Shown one piece after another: positions 11,642-22,409 of a stretch of DNA of 64,000 nucleotides. The notes beneath the pieces were generated by a model. The model worked only from the letters and a program-made list of their open reading frames with translations, was not told the DNA's origin and made no database searches. The stretch is from Perkinsela sp. CCAP 1560/9 (lineage: Eukaryota > Protista > Euglenozoa: Kinetoplastea): NCBI GenBank assembly GCA_965644495.1, contig CBFFSA010000002.1:1054001-1118000 (forward strand). The letters are read 5' to 3'. A program made the translations under genes and the position numbers. Position 1 is the first letter of the stretch, and each line of letters begins with the position of its first letter.

Positions 11642-12217
11642 TTGTTTATCATGCGCTCTTTGGCGCAGAGATAATCCCCTTAATGCGACGGCCGATATCA
11701 TCGGCACATAATCTGCCCACAACGGATGTCGCCAAAGGGGGTTCGACACGGACTCGGTCGGTAGAGGGGGTCCAGGCAACTCGCCCTCTCTTTACGCAGC
11801 CGGAGGGGCGTACTGCAACCGACTCGGTCCCAGTCGGTAGAGGTGGTCCAGGCAACTCACCACCTCTTTACGCAGCCGGAGGGGCGCACTGCAACCGACC
11901 GCTGCCTCGCGATTATGCGAGGCAGAGTCACGCCCAGTGGTCCTCAAGGGAGGCCACCATGGCGCATAGCTCCCGGGAAGAGACAGGCGCGAGAAGAAGA
12001 AAGCCGGGGAGGGAAGAAAACTCACTCAAGGAGTGAGCCGGGGAGGGGTGAAAAGTCGGAGGTACGTCCCCTACTTCCACGACAAGAGGGACAGTCCCTG
12101 CTAGCCGTCAGCCGGAAACGGGCATTTAAAAGGAAAATGTATGCCGTTTCCGGGAAAAGAAAGGAAGGGCTAGCAAAATGTACCAACAAGGTACAGAAAC
12201 TGTATCTTTATACAGTT
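11642..12217 (-). mobile_element. Candidate SL-RNA-derived SINE, copy 1
   Basis: SL RNA head, ~400-nt body with internal direct repeats, LINE-like hairpin tail ending GCATGATAAACAA. Clean insertion in an LRR CDS; second copy at 21849-22409. Confidence 0.75.
12051..12212 (-). ncRNA. Spliced-leader RNA sequence (exon lacking its first ~9 nt, plus intron)
   Basis: TATAAAGATACAGTTTCTGTACCTTGTTG|GTACA resembles the kinetoplastid SL exon and donor. TGTACC/GGTACA stem spans the donor. Further stems GCTAGCC/GGCTAGC and CCGGAAACGG/CCGTTTCCGG, then a T-run. No clear canonical Sm site. Confidence 0.8.
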
Positions 12218-13116
12218 CACTGCCATGGAAGGAGGAAGCCGACTTAAATCAATGCGACCAGTAAATTCATTCTGACTCAACATGAGCTCTGTCATCGAGT
12301 GTGGTAGTGAGCAAAGATTAAGAGAACCAAAGAGTTCGTTCTGAGAAACCGAAAACTCTGTGAGATTGAGCGGCAGAATGCTCAAATCAAGCGTGCTGGA
12401 AAATGAATTTCCCCATAAATATGCCTCCATTAGAGAACTAGGCAGATGTTGTGTAGCTAAGGAACCATTGAACTGGTTTGCAGCCAGATATAGAAATTTT
12501 AGTTCACGTGGAAGGACATCAAGGGGTAGTTCACCGGTCAAAAAGTTTTCAAAAGTATTCAGATCCAGAACCGATTGGGGCATGTACTTCCAATTTGGAG
12601 CTCCTCGAACTCTCCACCTTTGCCATTCAATATTTGTTACTTCTTCTGGTCTTTTCGAACCTTTACACTGAATCCCAGACCACATGCAAGCTGAGGTTGA
12701 CGAGCTCCATGATGGATCTGTATTCTTTAAGCCAGCTGCAAATCGAGAAAGTTCGATTTCCGGAGGAAAAAGACTTCCAAGCACTTTTCCTCGACGACTA
12801 ATGTATCCTTTAGAACACTGTACATTTGTTTGACTCAAATTTCTTGCTTCCGCTTTATTGTCTGCCATTGATATTACAAAATACGTTAAGAAAGTAAAAA
12901 AGTCTAATAATACAGCTTATTGTAAGACTTTGAAACTTTAACCTGGAAAAATAATTTTTGAAGTGCTTTGGTGTTTTAGGACGCCGGCCAAAGCGTGTAA
13001 GTATAAGTCTCATGTGTAGTAAGATTGAAAATCCCAACGAACAAGCCTTGTCCAGTAAGCGACCACTCGAGATCCTTTACAAAAAAAGGAACAAACTAAA
13101 AAATCGCACAAACAAT

Positions 13117-13944
13117 TTACAATTCATTCAAAAGTGTCATACTGAAACCAAAATTGCGCAAGGGTGTAGGGAATGATGCTCTATCAAACTCTCCGGTGAG
13201 TGCGTTGTTATTGGCAACATTTAGTTCTCGTAACGCTAGCGGCAATGAGTTCAGCCCTGATATATGTTCAATGCAATTATTATTTATATAGAGTTCCTTC
13301 ATAGAAGAGGGGAGGCTGCCTAAATCAATACTGCCCGTAAATGCATTTTCTTCGAAATTGAGCTCCGTCATCGAGTGTGGCAATGTAGTCAGATTAAGAG
13401 AACCAAAGAGTTTGTTGTGAGAAATTGAAAGCTCCGTAAGAGTAATAGGAAGAATGCTCAAATCAAGCGTGCTGGAAAATGAATTTGACCACAAATATAC
13501 CTCAGTTAGAATACCAGGCAGATTTTTTATGTCTAAAGAACCGTTGAGCTGGTTTGAACCCAGATATAGAAACTTCAGTTCACGTGGAAGAAGGTCGAAT
13601 GGTAATTCACCAGTCAAAAGATTTTTAAATATATTTAGATAACACACCGATTGGGGTATGTACTTCCAATTTGGAGCTCCCTGAAGTCCACGCCGATGCC
13701 ATTTGATATTTGTTACCTCTTCTGGCCTCGTAGAATCTTTACACTGAATTCCAGACCACATGCAAGCCGGGGTTGACGAGCTCCATGATGGATCTGTATT
13801 CTTTAAGCCAGCTGCAAATCGAGAAAGTTCGATTTCCGGAGGAAAAAGACTTCCAAGCACTTTTCCTCGACGACTACTGTATCCTTTAGAACACTGTTCA
13901 TTTGTTTGACTCAAATTTCTTGCTTCCGCTTGATTGTCTGCCAT
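13117..13944 (-). CDS. LRR family protein
   Basis: RRGKV..PPEIEL motif, Cys cap, ~7 LRRs, intact ORF. Confidence 0.85.
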   Translation of the reverse strand: MADNQAEARNLSQTNEQCSKGYSSRRGKVLGSLFPPEIELSRFAAGLKNTDPSWSSSTPACMWSGIQCKDSTRPEEVTNIKWHRRGLQGAPNWKYIPQSVCYLNIFKNLLTGELPFDLLPRELKFLYLGSNQLNGSLDIKNLPGILTEVYLWSNSFSSTLDLSILPITLTELSISHNKLFGSLNLTTLPHSMTELNFEENAFTGSIDLGSLPSSMKELYINNNCIEHISGLNSLPLALRELNVANNNALTGEFDRASFPTPLRNFGFSMTLLNEL

Positions 13945-14087
13945 TGGTATTACAAAATGTGTTTGAAAAACAAGCAGCTGATAAGAAATATTTAGACCTT
14001 CGCGTATATTTTAGAAAATGGTGTCCTTAAAATGTTAACGAAGGACATGTGTTACTACTATGACAGTTGAAGCTTACCTTGGTGATA

Positions 14088-14979
14088 TAAACCACATATC
14101 CGTTTAATATACCACCCCGATATTTTATCAAGGTATAGGTGCACGTTCGTTCAGGAAAAATGAAAGTGTTCTCTAGGCTCTGTCCTGGCTCCGTTTTATC
14201 TCATTTTTTTTCGTGCGCCATGCCATAATACGGGACTAGTTCAGAAAAACAGTTTGCGATACTCTTTATTTGTAATGCGTACAACAGAAACATGTTACAT
14301 GCATTTTTGCCCCATTTACCCATTTTGACTGTGTTTTCGATTCATTTTCGAAGCTTTTGTTTAGGAAACAGAGAGCACCAGGGGTCCCTATAGAAAAAAA
14401 CGCGGCAAACTCTTTGCTAGGAGAACGAAATTTCCCAATTTACGATGAATTACGAGGGAAGCCGATTAGAGATGGCGAGAACTTTACTTCATATGTGCAG
14501 CGTATGCGGGAAAGTTCCGAGACTGTAGTTTACCTGCTGTAATCTCCACCAAAGAATCCACCAATGATGGGAACAGCACACATTCTTGGAGAAAATGAAA
14601 AATGATTGTGTTTATGATATATACAAGATCAAGAGGCGTCACCGCCCAATAAAGCTCCGAACGTGCAACATGAGAGCGGGGGAAGCATTCCCCCGAGGTT
14701 TGAAACTTGGTTTACTACCACCGCGCTATTTTAGAGCGCTCTTGGATGCCTTTTGCCACAATAAATTCTGTTTTGATGGATTGATGGAGCTCCAGCCCAC
14801 AGGGCGAGTCGTACTCGAAGGTGGTGGACCAATCTGGATGAGTCTGTGAGCCGTGGGACGAAGGGGGGGTATGTTACAGGAAGGGGGAGTATGTAAGTGT
14901 CGCGGACCAGAATAACATACCCCCCGGTATGTTATCCAAGGTATAGGTATGTTAAACGGGTATGTGGGTATGTGGTTTA
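14088..14979. mobile_element. Non-autonomous TIR element, same termini as 10890-11242
   Basis: TAAACCACATA...TATGTGGTTTA ends. Truncates the adjacent hAT-like ORF. Confidence 0.65.
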
Positions 14980-14989
14980 CAGTACGTTT

Positions 14990-16085
14990 CCATCGATCAA
15001 TATGACGTCTCCCTGTAGTTGAGCAATAGTTGATCCTTGAACCGCATTCCTCATTGATGAGAAATCGCTCACCCACAATGCCCAATCGTCGATACAATTC
15101 GCCAAGTTCGTTCTCAGCCTCCTGCCGGGCCACACGATTGACGGCAGCCCCATCTACTATGAGGTAGGCCCATTTTCGCAGACGTTGCGCCCCTAAACGG
15201 CGGCGAAGATAATCAACAATTTGTGCACCGATCTGGGCACCATTAAATGCGCCATGTTTTTCGCGATACATAGGCGGAAGTACCCAATGATGAGGACCTA
15301 CATAGAGCACCGTTACCATGATGTGTTCACCGAGAACCTGATCCGTGCCTCCGTCCAAAGCAATACACTCGTATTCCAAACAACTCGTAGCTGTCAATTA
15401 ACTCATGTATTTGACGCCATATTTTAGCTTCTAAGACGGACATGTCGGTTTCCAAAGTGCTCACCTCCTTTGGCATTGCCCGTAGAATATCATCTCTCTG
15501 CGCGCTGTACGGCCACCGTTGCCCAATTTGTTCTGCAAAGTGTAATGACGGGGAAATCACTACGCCAAAATTCAAATGGAGTCTTTTCCTCTTGCACTAG
15601 TGTTACTGAATTTTTCGAAGTCCCAGGACAGACATGATTCAGGTGGCGATTGTAAGTAGACTCAGAGTGTGAGTGAAATACTTCGGCACAGCGCCTACAG
15701 CGGAGATGAATAAAATGATTTGATTGATCTCGCAGAGCAAGATCATCACACTTGTTCCTTTTCTCTGCAGAAAGGCAGATGACATCCGCCGTACAGACTT
15801 CATCAACAAAGTTTTCTTTGATCCAGTGGAGCCGGAGCAAGGCGGGCCCTCCCCTCATTTCTTCGAAGTTTGACGGGGGGTCACAAAAGCGACATCCAGA
15901 GTTGTCTGACTCGGAGCTTCCGCCCTACGCTCTGCCAGTGTATTCGCCGCTTCTCGTCGAGCACTAGCGGTCGCAAAAAGTGTGTTTGAATGCTCTGGCG
16001 ACAGTACATTAGAGTTGTTCGGGGAGGAAGATATAAGTGGCAGTTCTGGAACCTCTTCCTGTGACATAACACGTCTTCGACCCAT
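14990..16085 (-). mobile_element. Frameshifted hAT-like transposase relic
   Basis: BED-like CRRC..HLNH finger, IALDGGTD and LIVDGAAVN motifs. Homologous to 43142-44300. Confidence 0.65.
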
Positions 16086-16647
16086 AAGAAATTTAAATTT
16101 TGGATAGAAAGATGAAACTGTCTACATTTTAAAGACGATTGTTCCATGATGAAATACCCTAAATACATAAGGAAAAAAAGATAAGTTGAATATTGCTTTG
16201 TAAAATCGAGTAAAACATTTCTACTGTGTGGCACTGTTTAGCACAAAAAGTGGTTCGCTTGGTTCGCTGGTGGCTCGCTGAACCAATAGCTATGGAGATC
16301 TGCAAAATGCAACAAAAAGTAGCCAAAACGGCCGCATAGGCCAAAATTGGCAGGTGTAACTGTTTTCGTGCCCCCCCTGTATACACCAAATAATAACCTT
16401 TTCAGCAACGTAAGGATGTGGGGCAAAAATCCGTCAAGTGTGCATTCAACTGTATACACAGGACCTGTAGTGACTAAAACGTTTCGATACCCATATTCGA
16501 ATTTTGCAGGTATTACCCCGCCTGTCAAAAATAGGAGTTACCATGCATACGTCAGATATGGTACAAGCCAGATACGAACAACTCTTTGTTCTTTACAGCG
16601 ACGTATCGCCCCCCCCCCCACCCTTCCACTCAACTCTACCCCTTTCT

Positions 16648-17964
16648 TCATGCCACAAACTTCGACCCCGCCTCCAACGTACGCGTTTCTCTCCCCGCAT
16701 CCGGGATCCCCCGGATGCTATCCCCTTTTTCCATCCCCGCTTTCTTCCTCCCCCCCTCCCCTTGCTTCCTCCTCTGGTACTCCCCCCGTGCCTTCTCCCT
16801 CCCCACCCTCTCCTCCTTGGCCCACAAATAGGGCATGTACCACGGTACCCCCTTTAACCGCCCCGCCACACTATCCAGTGCCTTGATCTCCTCCACCCGA
16901 CTCTGGAGGTCCAGCGTGAACGCCTCCTGGTGAAGCGCCCGGACCTCCCGGACCACCCCCCGTGGGAGCTCCGTAGGGGTCGCGGCCCCGCTCTCATAGA
17001 CCCACACGATCTGAGGCAGCCGCCGGGGTCGAAACCTCCGTATCCGTTGCCGTATCTTTCGCAACACAAAGAAGTTGAGGTTGGCGACCCAGGGCTCGAG
17101 ATCGGAGCGGGCCCCGGGGTGGACGGTGCTCCACACGATGTACATCCTCGCGTTGGTGTCGGAGGTGATCACCCGGACCAGGATGAACTGGGAGAAGACC
17201 ATGTGGTCCCCCGGGACCCCGGGGATGGTTTTCCAGTCCCGCCGGAGCCAGTACTCCACGCGACGGGAGTACTCCCGGGCGTTGTAGGTCATGTTGTCCG
17301 GGTGTCGAAGCACGCGGAGGGTTTGCAGGTTGGTGGGGTTAACGCTGTTGTGGTTTCGATTTGCCGTGCTGTTTGTATTGGTGTTGGTTAGGGAAAGCCC
17401 CTCCGTTGTGGGGGCTTGGGGCCATAACGCCCCTTTTCGGAGTTTAGCCGCCATGAGGGGGGTATAGGGTACGGGGGGTGGGGTGTGCTTCCAGGCCTGG
17501 TCCCCGTGGAGACGGAGCGCTCGCTCCTCGAGGGAGGCGCTGGGGTGGGCACTCAGGGGCTCATCGTCCCCTTTGCCTTGGATCGCGTGGAAGGGGAGGG
17601 ATTCGGGGGTACGGAGGGTGTGGGGGGAGGAGAGGACTTTGGCGGGGGTTTGGGTCCAGTGGGAGGTGTGGAGGTTAGGGTAACGTAGACGACGCTCCCG
17701 GATGCGTTGCTGGAGCTGACGGTCGAGTTTTGGAAGACCAAAGCCGGGAAGGCGGAGGCTGGTGTCGAGATCGGAGGTGAGGGGTGGGGGAGGGGAGGAG
17801 GGGAAGGGGGAGGAGGTATTTCGGTGTTGTCGCGACCAGGATCGGAAGGAGGTGCCACGGAGGTCGAGTTTCTTTCGTAAACGACGGTAGTGGAAGTGAC
17901 GGGAAGGGGAGGAGTGGGCTCGATGAAGGAAGGGTGAGGTGAAGGAAGAACCGTGGTGAAACAT
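16648..17964 (-). CDS. Mitochondrial RbfA-domain protein (mitoribosome assembly factor-like)
   Basis: FILVRVITSD..RMYIVWS..LRKIRQRIRRFRPRRLPQIVWVYE fits the RbfA pattern. Presequence-like N-terminus from ATG 17964. Confidence 0.6.
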   Translation of the reverse strand: MFHHGSSFTSPFLHRAHSSPSRHFHYRRLRKKLDLRGTSFRSWSRQHRNTSSPFPSSPPPPLTSDLDTSLRLPGFGLPKLDRQLQQRIRERRLRYPNLHTSHWTQTPAKVLSSPHTLRTPESLPFHAIQGKGDDEPLSAHPSASLEERALRLHGDQAWKHTPPPVPYTPLMAAKLRKGALWPQAPTTEGLSLTNTNTNSTANRNHNSVNPTNLQTLRVLRHPDNMTYNAREYSRRVEYWLRRDWKTIPGVPGDHMVFSQFILVRVITSDTNARMYIVWSTVHPGARSDLEPWVANLNFFVLRKIRQRIRRFRPRRLPQIVWVYESGAATPTELPRGVVREVRALHQEAFTLDLQSRVEEIKALDSVAGRLKGVPWYMPYLWAKEERVGREKARGEYQRRKQGEGGRKKAGMEKGDSIRGIPDAGRETRTLEAGSKFVA

Positions 17965-18289
17965 GTTGAGTGGGATGCGAGTGAGTGAGAACGAGGTGTG
18001 TAATAAATATTTGAATAAATAGCTGTTTTCACTTATTGTACACCCATACTTATCTGTCACTACTTTTCGTGAAAAGGTGACAGAATCAATGAGAGACAGA
18101 GTATGTGAATAAATAACCATACCGTCAAACGTTCTTCTAAGGAACTGACGATTGGGCAGTAGATTGGGCATTTTTAGATACGGATATAGCAGTCTTTGCT
18201 TACATATCCTTGCTTGTACATGTAAACCCCCCTTCATCAATAAGGAACCCCACCCTATGCCACGTGTCCATTTGAGTTGATTTTTTTTG

Positions 18290-18610
18290 CTTTTCGCAGA
18301 TCTCAACACAAAGATCTTGCGCGTGAAGAAACGAGACAAAAAGAAACGAATACGTACATTTTAAAGAAGAATTACCATTTTGTCACCTTTTCCCCGTTGT
18401 TGGCCACACACGGCTCAAGGTGAGAAAAAGTCAAGATCGAATCATACAATAAATATATACAGTAAATATATTCTTGAGATAATTTAGCCCAATCTTTACA
18501 AACGCTTTTTATGAGGTCTTCCTTATTTGAAGTAGTGTACTCATCGACAAGCTCTTGCACCATACTCCATACGGTTTCCATGGATGAAAGATCTGGGGAG
18601 TTCAGTGGCC
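18290..18610 (-). mobile_element. Tc1/mariner transposase 3' relic
   Basis: KNWPLNSPDLSSMETVW..NGEKVTKW. Same family and 3' flank as 57070-57520. Confidence 0.75.
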
Positions 18611-19068
18611 AATTTTTGGCTATGTAGCACCTTCGGTGAATATTCATCGAACGGTTTCGAGACCAGCTTTTGAAAACAAACATTTACATAGAATAAAATT
18701 TATACCTCGTTCACATGTCTGGAGATGCCCGTGTGATGGCAGAGCCCACGAAAGCGACACCTACACTGTAGTTTACGTGTCTGGAGGCAAGGCCTAACTG
18801 TGAGCGTAGCCCACTTCTGGAGGCCCTACTGTGAGCGTAGCTCTGGGACAGAATTATATTTTATGGCGACCCGCGCGCTGGAGCGCGCGGGTCGTGCACT
18901 GAGAACCTATGTCTACCACTTCCGCAGGTTAGTGTATTTTCCTATACTGCGACACCTAGTTTACCTTTTCTGAAATTGTTTCCAAATTGTTGCCAATTAC
19001 TTTCTTCATTTACGATTTGTTAAATAAAACATTGTTAACATACAAAGTTAATTACATTGTAGATTGCG

Positions 19069-19920
19069 TCACTTGTGTACAGTCACCAGCGCACTTTCTA
19101 TTTCCTTCAAAAGAGTCTCATCGAACACAAAATTAAGGAGAGGAGGAAATAATACTTTATCAAATTCTCCGGTGAGTACGTTGTTATTGGTAACATTTAG
19201 TTCTCGTAACGTTAACGGTAATGAGTTGAGTCCCGATACATGTTCAATACGATTGATATTTATATTGAGATCGTTCATAGAAGGGGGGAGGCTGCCTAAA
19301 TCAATACTTCCCGTAAATGCATTGTTTTCTAACTGGAGCTCTGTCATTGAGCGTGGCAATGTAGTCAGATTAAGAGAACCAAAGAATTTGTTGTGAGCAA
19401 CCGAAAACTCAGTGAGAGTTATAGGAAGAATGCTCAAATCAAGCGTGCTGGAAAATGAATTTCCCCATAAATATGCCTCGATTAGAGAACTAGGCAGATC
19501 TTGTGTAGGTAAGGAGCCGTTGAGCTGGTTTGAACCCAGATATAGAAACTTTAGCTCGAGTGGAAGGACATCAAGAGGTAGTTCACCAGTCAAAAAGTTT
19601 TCGAACATATTCAAATCCAGAACCGAATGGGGTATGTACTTCCAATTCGGAGTTCCTCGAAGTGAATACTGGTGCCATTCCATATTTGTTACTTCCTCTG
19701 GTCTCGTCGAATCTAGACAAATAATTCCCGACCACTTGCAAGCCGGGGTTGATGAGCTCCAGGATGGATCTGTATTCTTAAAATCTGCTACAAATCGAGA
19801 CAGTTCGATTTCCGGAGGGAGAAGCGAACTGGACACTTTTCCTCGGCGAGCATTGTAGCTCTGACTGCACTTTGGGTGCTTTGAACCTGGGCACTGTGTC
19901 ATTCTGTGATCGTCAGACAT
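19069..19920 (-). CDS. LRR family protein
   Basis: RRGKV subfamily, intact; ATG at 19920. Confidence 0.85.
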   Translation of the reverse strand: MSDDHRMTQCPGSKHPKCSQSYNARRGKVSSSLLPPEIELSRFVADFKNTDPSWSSSTPACKWSGIICLDSTRPEEVTNMEWHQYSLRGTPNWKYIPHSVLDLNMFENFLTGELPLDVLPLELKFLYLGSNQLNGSLPTQDLPSSLIEAYLWGNSFSSTLDLSILPITLTEFSVAHNKFFGSLNLTTLPRSMTELQLENNAFTGSIDLGSLPPSMNDLNININRIEHVSGLNSLPLTLRELNVTNNNVLTGEFDKVLFPPLLNFVFDETLLKEIESALVTVHK

Positions 19921-20153
19921 TGGTTTTACAAAAGAAACGATTGATTCATATTCGCGCACCTTAAGTACTTTAAAAATCATCTTGTTGCGAAACAAACAGA
20001 CATGTTGTCAAATGTATTCGTTTAACAATGTTTTCGAATCAAAAGAAATATGCATCAGCTAGACAATTGAAAATGCATGCATGTTGAATTCCACGTTTTC
20101 CTTTGCAATCAACCCACTCTAAGTGCTTTCTACGAAGCCCCGAGTCTTTCATT

Positions 20154-21230
20154 TCACCGCAAGTGATACATCCCACTTGGGGTCTGCAGTGCGGACACGT
20201 AGGTCCCGTTTTCTACATCTGGGGTGGACTCGATCCACTGTGTGGGGGTACGGCTGTAAGAACGGAAATAATTCCGCTCCGAGACGCGATACTCAAAATG
20301 ACACCGCCCATGGCGGTCACGAGCAGAGGCACTCTGGAACGGCATTCCACAGTGGTAACATCGTATCCCACGGCTGTCGTTTAAATGCGAAAGGGTCGCA
20401 TGTAACTTCTCCAGAGGGTGGGAATGTGTATTTCCCGTACCTTCGGACAGTAAATTATCCAAATTTATCGGGTCTGTCAATTTGTCCCCCTTTCTTCCCT
20501 CCTGGGCTGACCCTGACGAGGAAGCCGCTTCCCCCTCCCTGGAGATTTCGTTTGCGTACACTATCCGGACGACAGAAGAGGATTCCGCTCCTGTCTTTTC
20601 CAGTTTCTCTTGCTGCTGTTGTTGCTGTAAGGGTTTCAATGTCTTCTTTGTCACCTCCGTAAGACACTGTCGGAACACCTCGGAGAGCCTTGAGCGGACC
20701 TCACCGGGGAGAATCCCATCACTCCACCACGCACGGAGTAAATCCATAAAAGGGAGAAGACAAAGTAATAAGAGAGAGTGTGGTGAAAAAATGGCTGTTT
20801 CTTTTTGTGTTCCAGAAAGCGGCAAACTCGAAAGCAACGCTGTGAGCGTCTCGTAGAGTCGAACCGGGAGAAGCTCATGGAGCCCGTGGTGCAGGGTTTG
20901 ATTAGCTTGGAGCCTCATGTCGTGGGGTAGGGGTAGGGGAGCTGTTTCCCGGGAAGACGTCTCGGAAAGGGTTTGGAGCCATGGTGAACGGAGAACACCA
21001 TCGACGAGACACCAACCGAACCAGTTTGAGGGAAGAGTAAACTCAGGTGGGGGCCGAGAAGGTCGTCGTAGGAGACCGGAGAGCGTCTGGAGTACAGCAT
21101 GGGTGTGACCTTGCAGACAGAGGTCCTCGAGGTGGAGAAGGGCTGCGTGTACGTTGGCTTTGGTCGGTGGTAGGTTTCGAAACTCACGTTCCAGGGCGAC
21201 ACTACTGTTAAAGGGAAGGGGAAGATTCAT
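20154..21230 (-). CDS. PCF11: PCF11-like cleavage/polyadenylation factor
   Basis: C-terminal GIRCYHCGMPF..H...HF..R.Y..TPTQWIE resembles the PCF11 Zn finger. N-terminal helical CID-like region. Confidence 0.6.
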   Translation of the reverse strand: MNLPLPFNSSVALEREFRNLPPTKANVHAALLHLEDLCLQGHTHAVLQTLSGLLRRPSRPPPEFTLPSNWFGWCLVDGVLRSPWLQTLSETSSRETAPLPLPHDMRLQANQTLHHGLHELLPVRLYETLTALLSSLPLSGTQKETAIFSPHSLLLLCLLPFMDLLRAWWSDGILPGEVRSRLSEVFRQCLTEVTKKTLKPLQQQQQQEKLEKTGAESSSVVRIVYANEISREGEAASSSGSAQEGRKGDKLTDPINLDNLLSEGTGNTHSHPLEKLHATLSHLNDSRGIRCYHCGMPFQSASARDRHGRCHFEYRVSERNYFRSYSRTPTQWIESTPDVENGTYVSALQTPSGMYHLR

Positions 21231-21349
21231 CTAAAAAAACAGTTTAAAGTTTTATAGATTCATAAAAACAATAAACGAATGTTCCAGCGCGTGTAATATT
21301 TTTTAATCCTCCAACCAGTATACGTTAAAATCAAAAGGCAGTTCGAAAA

Positions 21350-21850
21350 ATGACTCCCGGGATCCCTCCTCCCCTCTCTGCTTCTTCTCCTAGGTCCTCT
21401 CGACACCGGTCGGTAACCCGAAGACCCCCACGTTCCATCTCTCCTCGGAGCCGCTCCCGGAACAGAGCTCGCACCCCTCAGGCGAATGCTCCTGCTCCGA
21501 TACTGAAGAAAGCGTCAACCGTCTCCTTTGCACCTTTCCCCCCGGCTAACCTCTCCTCTAAGCCCTTCTCCACCGTCACCCGCATGGGCGGTAGTGACAC
21601 TGTGGCCCGAGACGAAATGGACAGCGACGGCCCGCCGCCCGGTGAGCGGTCGTTATCCCTACCCACAATGGCACAGCAGTTCAAATCCATGGACGCTGTC
21701 CGCCTCAAGCTCCTTCCTGCCCGAACCGGCTCAAATCGCTTTTCCGCGGAGACAGGAAGATGCGCAGTCACCTTATGGCTGGCTGTGACCCTCAGCGCCG
21801 AACACGACGTAACATCAATGATGGAGAAAGAGGCCCGTGAACGTCGGTTT
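21350..21850 (+). other. Pro/Ser/Arg-rich truncated ORF, possibly the 5' part of the CRE element
   Basis: Plus strand and GC-rich like the CRE. Joins in frame (ERRF|TLEAVW) to the Zn-finger ORF if 21851-22413 is removed. Confidence 0.4.
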
Positions 21851-22409
21851 GTTTATCATGCGCTCTTTGGCGCAGAGATAATCCTCTTAATGCGACGGCC
21901 GATATCATCGGCACATAATCCGCCCACAATGGATGTCGCCAAAGGGGGTTCGACACGGACTCGGTCGGTAGAGGGGGTCCAGGCAACTCGCCCTCTCTTT
22001 ACGCAGCCGGAGGGGCGTACTGCAACCGACTCGGTCCCAGTCGGTAGAGGTGGTCCAGGAAACTCACCACCTCTTTACGCAGCCGGAGGGGCGCACTGCA
22101 ACCGACCGCTGCCTCGCGATAATGCGAGGCAGAGTCACGCCCAGTGGTCCTCAAGGGAGGCCACCATGGCGCATAGCTCCCGGGAAGAGACAGGCGCGAG
22201 AAGAAGAAAGCCGGGGAGGGAAGAAAACTCACTCAAGGAGTGAGCCGGGGAGGGGTGAAAAGTCGGAAGTACGTCCCCTACTTCCACGACAAAGAGGGAC
22301 AGTCCCTGCTAGCCGTCAGCCGGAAACGGGCATTTAAAAGGAAAATGTATGCCCGTTTCCGGGAAAAGAAAGGAAGGGCTAGCAAAATGTACCAACAAGG
22401 TACAGAAAC
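21849..22409 (-). mobile_element. Candidate SL-RNA-derived SINE, copy 2 (exon remainder at 26262-26283)
   Basis: About 8 differences from copy 1 over ~560 nt. Same 3' boundary in an unrelated flank. Confidence 0.75.

Larger units (their letters stand above)
11469..12868 (-). pseudogene. LRR gene split by the SL-headed element
   Basis: The 5' part (12218-12868) ends LPPSMAV. The 3' part (11469-11641) resumes TLNNNRLEHITGLDSLP..MTLLKQL*, colinear with paralog 13117-13944. Confidence 0.9.

Noticed and set aside
11642-12217. Circularly permuted SL array monomer, with AAACAACG as the exon start
   Set aside because: Down-weighted, not excluded. The CG is explained by the LRR codon ACG and is absent in copy 2, and the terminal ~30 nt match two LINE tails.
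11557-12247. Plus-strand ORFs of 159 and 134 aa
   Set aside because: They are antisense to the SL element and LRR, and the two copies differ by indels.
17965-18339. N-terminal extension of the 563-aa ORF
   Set aside because: Non-ATG start lying in the Tc1 flank repeated at ~57080; AT-rich. ATG 17964 gives a presequence.
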